DNA of 55,366 bases from Anaerolineae bacterium (GCA_050049355.1 JASFWK010000004.1:1-55366), one strand, 5' to 3'. Shown: positions 1 through 10,330, numbered from the stretch's first letter. Numbers and translations: made by a program. Notes: generated from the sequence alone by a model not told the origin.

Positions 1-2
1 GA

Positions 3-31
3 TTGACAGCCTCACCGTCATGTGGTAGCAT
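3..31 (+). promoter_or_regulatory. sigma70-type promoter of proS leader
   Basis: TTGACA (3-8), 17-bp spacer, TGn-TAGCAT (26-31). Confidence 0.75.
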
Positions 32-53
32 AGAAGCTGCTGAGGACGAGCCT

Positions 54-122
54 ATGACAGGTTGCGCGTTGTGCATCCCAAGCAGCCCAGAGCCGAATCG
101 CCCGTTTCGGGGGACCGGTTAG
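54..122 (+). CDS. putative Pro-rich attenuation leader peptide, MTGCALCIPSSPEPNRPFRGTG (22 aa)
   Basis: GAGGA SD-like at 42-46, ATG 54, four Pro codons at 78-104, TAG 120-122; lies between promoter and terminator upstream of proS. Confidence 0.55.
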   Translation: MTGCALCIPSSPEPNRPFRGTG

Positions 123-158
123 CGCTGCTAGGGCATCGCCAGCAATCGCTCAGTTTAG

Positions 159-186
159 AAGCCTTCCGATCCCCGGAAGGCTTTTT
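159..186 (+). terminator. intrinsic terminator (attenuator) in proS leader
   Basis: AAGCCTTCCG-atccc-CGGAAGGCTT perfect 10-bp stem running into a T tract. Confidence 0.8.
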
Positions 187-210
187 CTCATCTCTCAAGG
201 AGGTGGTCCA

Positions 211-1956
211 ATGAGGATGTCCCAGCTTTTCGGTCACACGCTGCGTGAGTCACCCGCCGACGCCGACACCGTTAGTCACAGCTTGGCGATGCGGGCCGGC
301 CTGATTCGCCCGCTGGCTGCGGGTATCTACACCTACCTTCCCTTGGGCCATCGAGTCGTGCGCCGCATAGAGACGATCCTGCGGGAGGAGATGGATCATA
401 TCGGTGCCCAGGAGATGTTGATGCCGGTGCTCCATCCGGCGGAGCTTTGGCAAGCCACTGGCCGACTGGAGACCGCAGGGCCGGCGCTGATGCGCGTGCA
501 CGACCGTGCTGGGCGAGACTATGTGCTGGCGATGACTCACGAGGAGGTGGTGACGGAACTGGCCCGGCGTGAGATCCGTTCCTACCGCGACCTTCCCAAG
601 GTCGTCTATCACATCCAGACGAAACTGCGCGATGAGCCTCGCCCTCGAGGGGGACTGCTGCGGGTACGTGAATTCCGGATGAAGGATGCTTACAGCCTCC
701 ATACGGATGAGGCGGATCTTGACCGTTTCTACTCGCACATACTTTCGGCCTATCAGCGCATCTTCAGCCGATGTGGACTGGAGTTCATTCAGGTAGAGGC
801 GGACACGGGGATGATGGGCGGTGCGGATTCCCATGAGTTCATGCTGCCTCACCAGGCCGGGGAGGATCGGTTGATCCGGTGTCTCGCCTGCAACTACGCC
901 GCAAACGCCGAGCGGGCCGAGTTCAGGCTGCCCGGGGAGAGTTCGCAGCCGGTTGAGGAAGCCCACCCGGTCGCCACGCCGGGCTGCGTCACCATCGCGG
1001 ATGTGGCTTCCTTCGTAGGAGTGTCCACCGGCCAGACATTGAAGGCGGTCTTCTATGTCTGGGAACCGCACGGCGGCGAACCAGAGGTCGTCTTCGTCGT
1101 TATCCGGGGCGACCTGGAGGTAAATGAGACGAAGGTGCTGAATCTGCTGGGGGGTGGGGAGCTGCAGCCTGCTCCAGACGACGAGATACGCGCCGTTGGA
1201 GCGGAACCGGGGTATGCGTCGCCTGTGGCGCTGGATGTTCGGGAGAGCAAGGATGGGCCAGGGCTGCTGGTCGTGGCCGATCGCTCGATCGAGATCGGAG
1301 CCAACTTCGTGGCTGGCGCTAATCGGGAGGGGTTCCACCTCACCGGGGTCAACTATCCCCGTGACTTCGCTGTCACCCTGCTGGGAGACGTCGCCCAAGC
1401 CGATGCTGGCCATCTCTGCGTTCATTGCGGAAATGCGCTCTCCGCCGAGCCAGCCATCGAGTTGGGTCACTGCTTCAAACTGGGTGTGCGTTACTCGGAG
1501 CCGCTGGGCGTGACCTACCTGGACGCGAAGGGGAAGGAGCGACCGGTGGTGATGGGGTCGTACGGCATCGGGATCGGCCGGCTGCTGGCGGCAGTGATTG
1601 AGGTCTATCATGATGAACAGGGGATCACTTGGCCTCCTGCGCTGGCCCCGTTCGACTTGCACCTGCTTTCATTGGGGCACACTCGGGCAGTGCGGGAGGC
1701 TGCGGAAAGCACGTATGAGTTGCTGCGAGCGGCAGACTTCGGAATCCTCTATGACGACCGAAGCGAAAGCGCAGGGGTGAAGTTCACTGATGCGGATCTC
1801 ATTGGCTGCCCCGTGCGGCTCACTGTGAGTCGGCGCAGCATTGAGAAGGGTGGGGTTGAGGTAAAGGCGCGATGGTCTCAAGAGTCTCGTGTACTCTCGG
1901 CGGAGGACCTGTCTCGGGCCGTGGCCAGTTTGCTTGACAGATGGCCTTGTGTGTAG
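211..1956 (+). CDS. proS: proline--tRNA ligase (bacterial type with editing insertion domain)
   Basis: MRMSQLF N-terminus, THEE, RDEPRPRGGLLRVREF, IELGHCFKLG, MGSYGIGIGR, anticodon-binding C-terminus; SD AAGGAGGT. Confidence 0.98.
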   Translation: MRMSQLFGHTLRESPADADTVSHSLAMRAGLIRPLAAGIYTYLPLGHRVVRRIETILREEMDHIGAQEMLMPVLHPAELWQATGRLETAGPALMRVHDRAGRDYVLAMTHEEVVTELARREIRSYRDLPKVVYHIQTKLRDEPRPRGGLLRVREFRMKDAYSLHTDEADLDRFYSHILSAYQRIFSRCGLEFIQVEADTGMMGGADSHEFMLPHQAGEDRLIRCLACNYAANAERAEFRLPGESSQPVEEAHPVATPGCVTIADVASFVGVSTGQTLKAVFYVWEPHGGEPEVVFVVIRGDLEVNETKVLNLLGGGELQPAPDDEIRAVGAEPGYASPVALDVRESKDGPGLLVVADRSIEIGANFVAGANREGFHLTGVNYPRDFAVTLLGDVAQADAGHLCVHCGNALSAEPAIELGHCFKLGVRYSEPLGVTYLDAKGKERPVVMGSYGIGIGRLLAAVIEVYHDEQGITWPPALAPFDLHLLSLGHTRAVREAAESTYELLRAADFGILYDDRSESAGVKFTDADLIGCPVRLTVSRRSIEKGGVEVKARWSQESRVLSAEDLSRAVASLLDRWPCV

Positions 1957-2179
1957 GATAATCTTCACTGCCTTCTGCCTATTGAGAGGCACTGAGGCAG
2001 AGGGGTGGTATCTGGGAGCAATTGCGCATCGTCGCCAGGGTGAGGCAATGAGCGAGAGACGGTCCGCGCTCCCAGTCCAAGGGTGGCGCTAGAGGAGGCG
2101 ATTCTGCCTCACCTCTCCTCGGACTATCCAGCTTGCTTTCTTCCTGACGGATCCTGCGCTGGCCCGGAGGAAGTGGAGG

Positions 2180-3769
2180 ATGCTTTCTTCGTATCGCGTG
2201 CGGCAGCGAGATGCCCTATTGAGGATCATCAAGGCGCTGACCGCGCAACTGGAGCTGGACACCGTCTTAGAGATAGTCATTCAGGCGGCGACCGGGTTGC
2301 TTTCCGGACAGGCTGGCCTCATCGCCCTTCGCCGGTCCGATGGAGAGTTCTCTATCCGGGCTGCCCATGGCCTGCCGGTACGTCTCTTGGGATACTTCAC
2401 GGTGCTGTTTTCCGACATACCGGACCGGGCGGACCACACAGACTTTCTCATTCCAGGTTTGGCGACCAAGCTGCATCAGGTAGCGGCGGAGACCGGCTTG
2501 CCTCTACGCCAAGTCATAGCCCTGCCGATGTCCATGGGGCGGGACCTGATTGGCGTCCTGTACGTATTTCGAGTTCACGGCGGCGGATTCACCGCTGACG
2601 AGAGACAGGTGCTGACCAGCTTCGCGGATCAGGCCGCCATCGCTGTCCACAACGCTCAACTCTATCAGCGGTTGGGCTACGAGAAGCGGAGGCTGAACGC
2701 GATCCTGGAGTACAGCGCTGATGGCGTGATGGTCATGGACAACGCTCAACGCATCGAGATCTTCAATCGGGCGTTGGCGGAGCTCACTGGCTGGCCCGCG
2801 GGTGATGCGGTTGGCCGTCACCACGATGAGATCATTCGGTGGCATAGCCTGGAGACGGAAATGGAGTTGTCCCAAGCGATCGCTGGAGGCTGGCCGCTGA
2901 TGAGGGACTCCGGATCTACCAGTCCTCTCTACGTTGAGGGGGACCTCCGGCGACGCAGCGGAGGAAGGGTGAGCATTGGGGTCACGTACGCGCCACTGCT
3001 CGACCGAGATGGAAGGCTGGTCAACGTCATTGCCAACCTGAGGGATATCAGCCGCTTCCGCGAAGCAGACAGGTTGAAGGACACCTTTGTCTCAATCGTG
3101 TCCCATGAGTTGAAGACGCCCGTGACGGTCATTCAGGGGTATGCAGAGACGCTGAACCGTCCCGATGCTATGTGGGACAAGCAGAGGGTGAGGGAAGGGC
3201 TGGGAGCAATCGAAGAGGAGACGCAGCGGCTAGGTCGGCTGGTTGATGATTTGCTGGACGTCTCTCGCCTGCAGGCGGGGATGCCTTCCCTTCAGATGGA
3301 GGAGGTAGCTCTCGATTCGCTGACGGAGCGTGTGGTTAGACGCCTTCAATCTCAGACCGAGGAGCACGAGTTCAGTCTTCGTTTTCCCAGGGGCTTCCCC
3401 ACAGTGCGTGGAGATCCGGGCCGACTGGAGCAGGTGCTGAACAACTTGGTGAACAATGCTATTAAGTACTCGCCTAAGGGGGGGAGGGTGCGGATCCAAG
3501 GGGAGGCTCGGCCGCACGAAGTGGTGGTGACTGTCACAGACAGAGGTATCGGTATCCCAGCCCCCGAGCAGGCCCACATCTTCGAGCCCTTCTATCGAGT
3601 GGACACCTCCTTGACACGAGAGACTTATGGTGCGGGGCTGGGGCTCTACCTGGCCAAGGCGATCGTCGAGGCCCACGACGGCCGCATATGGGTGGAGAGC
3701 AGGCCCGGTGAGGGAGCAGCTTTCTCCTTTGCGCTTCCACGCGAAGGATCGGGCGGTAAACGCAAGTAA
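2180..3769 (+). CDS. GAF-PAS sensor histidine kinase
   Basis: GAF (FADQAAIAVHNA), PAS, H-box VSHELKTP, N-box NLVNNAIKYS, DRGIGI, GAGLGL. Confidence 0.93.
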   Translation: MLSSYRVRQRDALLRIIKALTAQLELDTVLEIVIQAATGLLSGQAGLIALRRSDGEFSIRAAHGLPVRLLGYFTVLFSDIPDRADHTDFLIPGLATKLHQVAAETGLPLRQVIALPMSMGRDLIGVLYVFRVHGGGFTADERQVLTSFADQAAIAVHNAQLYQRLGYEKRRLNAILEYSADGVMVMDNAQRIEIFNRALAELTGWPAGDAVGRHHDEIIRWHSLETEMELSQAIAGGWPLMRDSGSTSPLYVEGDLRRRSGGRVSIGVTYAPLLDRDGRLVNVIANLRDISRFREADRLKDTFVSIVSHELKTPVTVIQGYAETLNRPDAMWDKQRVREGLGAIEEETQRLGRLVDDLLDVSRLQAGMPSLQMEEVALDSLTERVVRRLQSQTEEHEFSLRFPRGFPTVRGDPGRLEQVLNNLVNNAIKYSPKGGRVRIQGEARPHEVVVTVTDRGIGIPAPEQAHIFEPFYRVDTSLTRETYGAGLGLYLAKAIVEAHDGRIWVESRPGEGAAFSFALPREGSGGKRK

Positions 3770-3942
3770 GTGATAGGTAGAGGCGGTCGACACCAACGGG
3801 GCCTTTCCGCCTCCGATGTATGCCCTAGGTACCCTGTGTGGCCTTGGACTTAGGCTCTGTGACGTCGGCAGAGCCTGGTTCTCTTGGCCTCGTCACGAGG
3901 AGTATGAGGGAGAGCTAGGGCGTGTCTTGGAAAGGAAATACG

Positions 3943-5298
3943 ATGTCTACGGTACTGGCAAGAGTGACCTGTCCTAGTTGCAGTCAGACCTTCAACGCGC
4001 CGCTGGACCGCGTACTGGATGTGGAGGTGGATCCCGCCGCCAGGTCGCGACTGCTTTCAGGGTGGGTCAACGTAGCAATCTGCCCCCATTGCGGGGCAGG
4101 GGGGGCAGTCAACCTGCCCTTCCTCTACCACGATCCCTCCAAGGAACTGGCTTTGGTTCACATGCCGATGGAGGCCGTCCGCAGTGACCAGGAGCGGCAG
4201 CAGGTCATTGGCTCGCTATCGCGAGAGGTGATGAATCAGTTGCCGCCTGAACAGCGGAAGGGTTACCTTCTCTCTCCGGAAGTCTTCCTCAGCCAGGAGA
4301 ACCTGATCAAAAGGGTGTTGGAGGCCGAGGGCATTACTGAGGAGATGATCGATGCCCAGAGGGCCAAAGCGGATCTGTTAAGGGAGCTGCTGGAGGCTTC
4401 CTCTGCTGAGGAGCGGATGGGGATTGTTGAGGAGAATGAGTCCAAGCTGGATGAGGAGTTCTTTCGGATCCTGCAGACCAACGTGAGGCAAGCGGAGGCG
4501 ATGGGGCAGGAGGAGGTTGTGCAGACCTTTGCAGATCTGCGGACTCTGCTCTTTGAGGAGACCGCCACAGGGCGGCGACTGGCCGCGCGGTCGGAGACGC
4601 TGGAGGCCTTTGAGGATCAGCCGACTCGGGAGAGGTTGCTGGAGCTGTTGGTCGAGGCGCAGGATGAGGATACGCGCACGGTATTGCTTTCCTACGGGCT
4701 GCAGCTGGTGGACTACTTCTTCTTCCAGAGTCTCACCCAACGGATCGAGGCGGCAGAGGATGAAGGGGAGCGGAAGCGCCTAGAGGATCTGAGGAAGGAG
4801 GTCATGACCTTCCGCGAGCAGTTCAAGGAGCGAGCCCAGCAGGTGGTGGCGGAGCGGGCCCAGCTGGTGCACGACTTGATGACGAGTGAGCAGCCCAAGC
4901 TTCTCGCTCGCCGTCGTGCTGCCAGCCTGGATGAGACCTTCTTCGCTGTCCTCTCTTCCGAGATCGAGCGTGCTGAAGCTGAGGGAGACACTGAGATGCT
5001 CTCTCGACTTCAGGAAGTCTGGCAGCTAGTCATGGAATTGGTGCAGAAGATGATGCCGCCAGGCGTAGCCCTTATGGGCCAGGTGTTGGAGGCAGAGGAT
5101 GAGAAGGAAGTCCGGCAAGTTCTGGAGAAGAACCGCCAACAGGTGGACGGCCGCTTTGTGGAACTGCTGGAAGGCGCCGCGGAGGAACTACGCGAACAGG
5201 GGGCGACCGACGTGGCGGACCGTGCAGTGGCGGCCTTGGCTGTGGCTCGGACTATGGTGCCGTCGGGTGGGGAGGAAGGTCTGGTGACTCCTCAGTAG
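3943..5298 (+). CDS. CpXC domain (Zn-ribbon) protein with helical repeats
   Basis: CPSC...CPHC, PFLYHDP.KEL motif; SD AAAGGA before ATG 3943. Confidence 0.8.
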   Translation: MSTVLARVTCPSCSQTFNAPLDRVLDVEVDPAARSRLLSGWVNVAICPHCGAGGAVNLPFLYHDPSKELALVHMPMEAVRSDQERQQVIGSLSREVMNQLPPEQRKGYLLSPEVFLSQENLIKRVLEAEGITEEMIDAQRAKADLLRELLEASSAEERMGIVEENESKLDEEFFRILQTNVRQAEAMGQEEVVQTFADLRTLLFEETATGRRLAARSETLEAFEDQPTRERLLELLVEAQDEDTRTVLLSYGLQLVDYFFFQSLTQRIEAAEDEGERKRLEDLRKEVMTFREQFKERAQQVVAERAQLVHDLMTSEQPKLLARRRAASLDETFFAVLSSEIERAEAEGDTEMLSRLQEVWQLVMELVQKMMPPGVALMGQVLEAEDEKEVRQVLEKNRQQVDGRFVELLEGAAEELREQGATDVADRAVAALAVARTMVPSGGEEGLVTPQ

Positions 5299-5345
5299 GG
5301 GGACTGGCTGCTATCTTGGGAGTCGGTTGCAGGCTCTTCCCTTCT

Positions 5346-6002
5346 TCAGCGGTTCTCCAGCCGGAAGCCGTGGCCGCGAACGGTCACGATGTAGGCATGG
5401 TCCGAGTCCAGAGCAGCCAGCCGCTCCCTCAACCGGCGGACGAGCGCATCGATTGCCTGAGAGGAGACGCCCTCCGCGGCCTCGTCGGCCCAGACGGCGG
5501 CCACGATCTCCTCCCGTGTCACAATCTCTCCCTGGGCGTCCAGCAGGGTAGTCAGCAGTTGGTACTGGGCTGGGGAAAGGGGTGGGGTCAGTTCCTGCTT
5601 GTCTATGAAGACGCGGTGGCTGGCTCGATCGACGTGCAGCCCACGGAAGTGGTCCTCCGACATCAGCGGCACCGTAGCGTTGGCTCCTACGAACCCCATC
5701 TTCACGCAGAGCGCGATTTGAATCTCGTCCCCATCCTGGAGCAGCCGTGGTTCTCCGCGCACCACCTCGGCGTTCACATGCGTACCGTTCTTGCTCCCTA
5801 GATCGTACAGAAGGTAGGTGCCGTCCCGTGTCCGTTCGATGCGCGCATGGTGACGGGAGACCTGGCGCTCGGGCAGAATCACGTCGCAATCCGAACCCCT
5901 GCCGATGAGGACTCGTTCTCCTTCAATGAGCCGGCGCTGACCGGCTAGTTTCCCCTCATAGAAGACGAGCATCGGGACCTCTGTCAGATTCCTTGCGTTC
6001 AT
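5346..6002 (-). CDS. FHA domain + OmpR-type winged-helix transcriptional regulator
   Basis: FHA motifs IGR, VSRHHA, DLGSKNGTHVN; C-terminal LVRRLRERL...IVTVRGHGFRL; SD GAGGAGG supports start at 6002. Confidence 0.9.
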   Translation of the reverse strand: MNARNLTEVPMLVFYEGKLAGQRRLIEGERVLIGRGSDCDVILPERQVSRHHARIERTRDGTYLLYDLGSKNGTHVNAEVVRGEPRLLQDGDEIQIALCVKMGFVGANATVPLMSEDHFRGLHVDRASHRVFIDKQELTPPLSPAQYQLLTTLLDAQGEIVTREEIVAAVWADEAAEGVSSQAIDALVRRLRERLAALDSDHAYIVTVRGHGFRLENR

Positions 6003-6311
6003 CAAGTGTGCCTCCTCTACCACGAATACCTCTGAAGGACCAGGCCGGTGCGTGCGTCTCTTGCGGCGCATCTTTGGATCAACCGACCTTGCTCTCGTTC
6101 CAAGTTCTCGAAGCTGGGGAGTCACAAGGGCGCGTCCCAAGACCCGAGCGTCTGCGTCTCAACTCCGGTGACCGGAATCGTCTGCCTATCCCTCCAAGCT
6201 CATCTAGCGAGCGTCTCAGGTGCCGTCGCCGGAGCAGTCCGTTGATTCCTTGTGCTCTGGTCAGTTGCCGCATGCGAAATGTGCCTGGCTTGTGCGTCTA
6301 GGTATCTTGTC

Positions 6312-6339
6312 TTGACATAATCACGGTATGTCTTATCAT
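6312..6339 (+). promoter_or_regulatory. promoter of Ser/Thr kinase with internal palindrome
   Basis: TTGACA 6312-6317, 16-bp spacer, TATCAT 6334-6339; GACATA-N7-TATGTC at 6314-6332. Confidence 0.55.
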
Positions 6340-6374
6340 GACTACCTGGAGGAGAAGCGAGGAGAAGCTGCCCA

Positions 6375-7361
6375 GTGGCCCGATTGCTTGCACCGGGGAC
6401 GGTTCTGCGCGACCGTTACCAGATCCTCGCCTGCGTAGGGCAGGGGGGGATGGGAGCGGTCTATCGCGCTGCCGATCTGCGGCTGGAAGGTCGCATCTGT
6501 GCTTTGAAGGAGATCCGGGCGGATCCCGACCTCCTCCCGCACGCCCTGGCCCAGGCTCAGCGTCAGTTCCATCGCGAGGCCAGTGTCTTGGCTCGTCTCG
6601 ATCACCCCAACCTGCCCAAGGTCTCAGACTACTTCACGGAGGGGGGACGTGAGTACTTGGTGATGGACTTCGTCGCTGGGCCGGATCTGAAGCAGGTGTT
6701 GGAGGGTGAACTGCGCGCGGGGCGAATGTTGGATGAGCGCCGGGTGTTGCACTGGGTGGATCAGTTGTGTGATGCTCTCTCCTACCTCCACAGCCAAGAC
6801 CCTCCGGTTCTCCACCGGGACGTCAAGCCAGCCAACATCAAGGTGACAAGCGGCGGGCTGATAAAGCTTGTGGACTTCGGGCTGGTCAAGTTGCTGGCGG
6901 CCAGCGATGCACGCACAATCACCGTACTGCAGGGACGCGGAACGGTGGCCTACACTCCTCTGGAGCAGTATGGTGGGGACACCGGTCATACCGATGTTCG
7001 CTCCGACATCTACGCTCTGGGGACCACAATCTACGAGCTTCTCACCGGTGAGCCGCCGGCGGATGCCAAGCGTCGATTCCTTCGCCCGGAGAGTCTCGTC
7101 CCTCCTCGCGCGCTCAACCCCCGTATCTCCCCTACCACGGAGCGGGCTATCCTAGCTGCCATAGCCATGCATCCAGACGACCGGGTTCCTACAGTTGAGG
7201 CATTTCGCCAAGTGCTGTACGATGCTTCTCTCTCCGACGCGCTGGCGGTCATCGTGCCCCCACGGCAGGAATGGCGTCAAGCCCTGGCGGAGAACAGCAG
7301 CCTCTTGGTCCTGACAGGATCCCTCCTCATGCTAGCTCTTCTCGTCACCCTCCTATTCTAG
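6375..7361 (+). CDS. Hanks-type serine/threonine protein kinase with C-terminal TM helix
   Basis: [35 protein letters not shown]; hydrophobic C-terminus. Confidence 0.95.
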   Translation: MARLLAPGTVLRDRYQILACVGQGGMGAVYRAADLRLEGRICALKEIRADPDLLPHALAQAQRQFHREASVLARLDHPNLPKVSDYFTEGGREYLVMDFVAGPDLKQVLEGELRAGRMLDERRVLHWVDQLCDALSYLHSQDPPVLHRDVKPANIKVTSGGLIKLVDFGLVKLLAASDARTITVLQGRGTVAYTPLEQYGGDTGHTDVRSDIYALGTTIYELLTGEPPADAKRRFLRPESLVPPRALNPRISPTTERAILAAIAMHPDDRVPTVEAFRQVLYDASLSDALAVIVPPRQEWRQALAENSSLLVLTGSLLMLALLVTLLF

Positions 7362-10231
7362 ATCGAACATTCCCTGTCGTCGGCGGAACTCGCTTTGCGT
7401 ATCTCGCCTACTTGAGCCACTGTCTGCTCGTCCTGCAGTTCATTCTTCAAGACAATCGCTACCAGGCAGACCGTTGCACCGATTAGCGTCATTGTCCCGG
7501 CGGTCCAGAACCCAATTCTCTCCTGGATCCATCTCGTTCCCGGCAACTCCAGCACCAGGCCAATGTAGGCTATCAAGCCACCCGCTGCGCACAACAGGGC
7601 TCCCCGTAGTGCCAATGAGAGGTCTCGCCGACGTCGCCACAGCCCCCCGTAGCCCACCAGAGCCATCAGCAGAGCACCGACCATGCCCTGGCCCAAGTCT
7701 GACCAATTCGTTCTTCCTGGATGTTCCTCCCAAGTCTCGAACTCTTGGGTCGGTATTGGGGTTATGTCTGGCGTGGAGACCGGGGTGGGGGTGGGCGTGG
7801 GGGGCGGTATGGGGCTCGACGTTGGCGTCACGGCAATGGTCGTTCCGGGCTCACCTTCTGGCGGAATGTCCATCTCCATCCACACGACACGCGACACCGG
7901 TTCTGCCCGCACTGATATCTGCAGCTCTCCTGCCCGGTCCAGTTTCAGTGTCGTCTCCGCCACGCCATTGTGCGTCGTCACATGAACGGAATGCTCTAGC
8001 CCCTCTTGGGGGTACGTGAAGATGAACTCCACTGGCGTTCCGTCTGGGACCGGATTCCCATTTCGATCCACAATCACGCCGGTCCTCAGTCTCAGGGTAT
8101 CGCCGAAGCCCAACTCTGGAGTTGGCTGAGGAGTGCCTTCTTCCCCTTCGGGCTCGTCACCGATGAAGCCGCCGATTGTCTGCGACGGGTCGGGCTGGGT
8201 CTGACTGATCAGATCGTAGTTGATGCCGGGCACGGAGACGGGCGGGGCGCCCCCAAAGGGGAACTCGTTGAACAGGGCCCGTGCGGCTGCCTCGACGAAG
8301 GGTTCGGTGTGGCTGTAGAGACCGAAGTAGGCGGAGAGTTTGGCGATCTCGGTCGTGTCCAGGTAATAGGGTGCGCCGAACGCCAGGACAACCACCTTAT
8401 GATCGCGTAGAAGATCCGCTCGCTCGGCCAGGAAGCGGCGCACCGCGTCGGAGGCGGGGACCTGTTCGTCAATGTCAAGCATAGCGAAAATCACCCAGTC
8501 GGCTCGCTCCAGCGCGGCTTCCACCGGATGAGGTGGAGGAGGGGTACCCTCGGAAGGCGGTGCTGTGGGGGTGCTGAGGTAGTCCGTCAGCTGGCTGAGG
8601 GTGAAGCTGCGTACGAGAGTGGGGAGCATCTGGTGAGTGGCTTGAGGCCCGTAGAGGCGGATCAAGGTATCCGCCAGCAGGGTGGGGGGGATAGCATAGA
8701 CTGGCGCGCAGCCATCGCAGGGGCTGAGCTGTCGATCGTCGGTGAAGATCACGATTTGGTCATCGACCGTGGGCGGGGCAGGCCGCAGGTCCGGCGAAGG
8801 CGGAGAGAGAAGTGTGACGACGTCCTGGGCGATGGGCGCGACTTGCTCTTGGCCTTGCCCGACCAGATCGGCGGCAGCATCGGCCTCCACTCGGACTCTG
8901 CTGAGGAGGAAGGGTGATCCATAGAGGCGCAGCTTGAGCTGTAGTATGCGCAGCACTGCCTCGTCTACTCGCGCCTGGAAGGTGGGATCGGAGATGTACT
9001 TCTCGCGGAAGAAGGCGATCGTGGCCCGCACGTTGGCAATCTGAGAATCCCAGTCGTCGCTCAGCGCGAAATGGGATAGGATCAGCAAATCGTTACCGGC
9101 CAGGAAGGCTTCACGAGCGATGCGCAGGTTGTTGAACTCCTGTTCGGTGGGATCATAGAAACGACGCACGGCCCTAACCCCCAGTTCGTCCGCCACTGTG
9201 AGACCACCGCTCTCTCGCCAAGGCGCCAGCTCTGGCAGGGCCATCAACTGCTGTAGTGCCTGGGGGTCGAAGCTCACAGGCTTGGTGGAAGCGTAGATGT
9301 TGCCCTGAAAGCCCCTATAGCGGATGTGGGACACCAGGAAACCATCGGCGCTTGCTACGGGCTCCTCCGTGTCAGCGACCGCGAAGAAGGGGGCCAGTTC
9401 GATCTGCTTGAGCTGCTCCAATGACTTCTGAACCGTCGACACCTCCTCGGAGAGGGGACGGTCGGCGGCCCCCAAGCCTGGAAAGTGTCTCGCGATCACG
9501 CCTACTTGGCCCTCGCTGCCGCTGTGGATGCCTCGAACGTAGGACCTTCCCATTTGGCCTACCCAATAGGGATCCCCCCCGAAAGATCGGCACCCAAGAT
9601 CGGCCGCGCTGCTGGGTCGTGGGTTGTTCAATACATCCAGGGATGGACCCAAGAGCGTGTTGATCCCGAGAGCCCTCAGCTCCTCTCCTACTATTCTGCC
9701 CACTGTCTCAGCGTGGTCAGGGTTCCAGGTCGCCCCGATGGCCATTGGGGAGGGGAGAGGGGTAGTGCCGCTGACAATGGCGGTGTAGGGACTTCCGTTC
9801 CCTTCCTGTTCGACGGCTATGAGGAGCGGGACGAAGGGAGCGGGGGTTGAGTAACTCTCCTCCTCCAGCGGGAGCGGCGATGGGACTTGGGTGGCCTCCC
9901 AGGCCAGCTCCTGCAAATTGCTCGTGAGCGTGGCGACCTGTGTGGGCGTGTCTCCCTCGTTGATGATATTTCCGTTCTCAGGCCGCAGCAGAACGCCCCC
10001 GACCCTTTCCTGCGTGATCAGACTGTAGATCGACGAGAGCTCATCGGTCCCGGCGCCAGGGAAGGTGACGACGAAAAGCTGGCCTACGCGATCTGCCGGT
10101 GACATTCGCTCCAGCAGCCGCGCCGCTGGGTCATCTTGCTGCTGCCCCACCGCGTGTGCCAGCGAAGGAGCAGTCAGGCCCAGGGTGACTATCGTCGTGA
10201 TCGCAAGGGAAAGCCAATCTCTTTTTCGCAT
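7358..10231 (-). CDS. secreted, membrane-anchored glycoside hydrolase family 3 (NagZ-like) protein
   Basis: signal peptide; [46 protein letters not shown]; Pro/Thr linker; three C-terminal TM helices. Confidence 0.85.
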   Translation of the reverse strand: MRKRDWLSLAITTIVTLGLTAPSLAHAVGQQQDDPAARLLERMSPADRVGQLFVVTFPGAGTDELSSIYSLITQERVGGVLLRPENGNIINEGDTPTQVATLTSNLQELAWEATQVPSPLPLEEESYSTPAPFVPLLIAVEQEGNGSPYTAIVSGTTPLPSPMAIGATWNPDHAETVGRIVGEELRALGINTLLGPSLDVLNNPRPSSAADLGCRSFGGDPYWVGQMGRSYVRGIHSGSEGQVGVIARHFPGLGAADRPLSEEVSTVQKSLEQLKQIELAPFFAVADTEEPVASADGFLVSHIRYRGFQGNIYASTKPVSFDPQALQQLMALPELAPWRESGGLTVADELGVRAVRRFYDPTEQEFNNLRIAREAFLAGNDLLILSHFALSDDWDSQIANVRATIAFFREKYISDPTFQARVDEAVLRILQLKLRLYGSPFLLSRVRVEADAAADLVGQGQEQVAPIAQDVVTLLSPPSPDLRPAPPTVDDQIVIFTDDRQLSPCDGCAPVYAIPPTLLADTLIRLYGPQATHQMLPTLVRSFTLSQLTDYLSTPTAPPSEGTPPPPHPVEAALERADWVIFAMLDIDEQVPASDAVRRFLAERADLLRDHKVVVLAFGAPYYLDTTEIAKLSAYFGLYSHTEPFVEAAARALFNEFPFGGAPPVSVPGINYDLISQTQPDPSQTIGGFIGDEPEGEEGTPQPTPELGFGDTLRLRTGVIVDRNGNPVPDGTPVEFIFTYPQEGLEHSVHVTTHNGVAETTLKLDRAGELQISVRAEPVSRVVWMEMDIPPEGEPGTTIAVTPTSSPIPPPTPTPTPVSTPDITPIPTQEFETWEEHPGRTNWSDLGQGMVGALLMALVGYGGLWRRRRDLSLALRGALLCAAGGLIAYIGLVLELPGTRWIQERIGFWTAGTMTLIGATVCLVAIVLKNELQDEQTVAQVGEIRKASSADDRECSI

Positions 10232-10242
10232 AGCTCTCGGTT

Positions 10243-10271
10243 ATTTTAGTCGAATTATTGGCGGAGCGCAA
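10243..10271 (-). promoter_or_regulatory. promoter directly upstream of GH3 gene
   Basis: minus strand TTGCGC-17-TAAAAT, 11 nt before ATG 10231. Confidence 0.6.
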
Positions 10272-10330
10272 TCGAGGGTCCTGGCAGTTGCTCTCCAATC
10301 AGGTTGGATGCTGTCGGTTGCCCAGTTCCT

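Noticed and set aside
32-210. T-box riboswitch upstream of proS
   Set aside because: No GGTGGNACC antiterminator bulge or recognisable stem I motifs; a leader peptide model fits better.
250-1662. 470-aa antisense ORF, and similar long shadows such as 48512-49918, 34620-35525 and 38503-39489
   Set aside because: Antisense to well-supported genes; expected from GC-rich codon bias; no recognisable motifs.
6050-6300. Scattered GCGTCT(C) hexamers in the FHA-kinase intergenic region
   Set aside because: Irregular spacing and short GC-rich words; could easily be chance.
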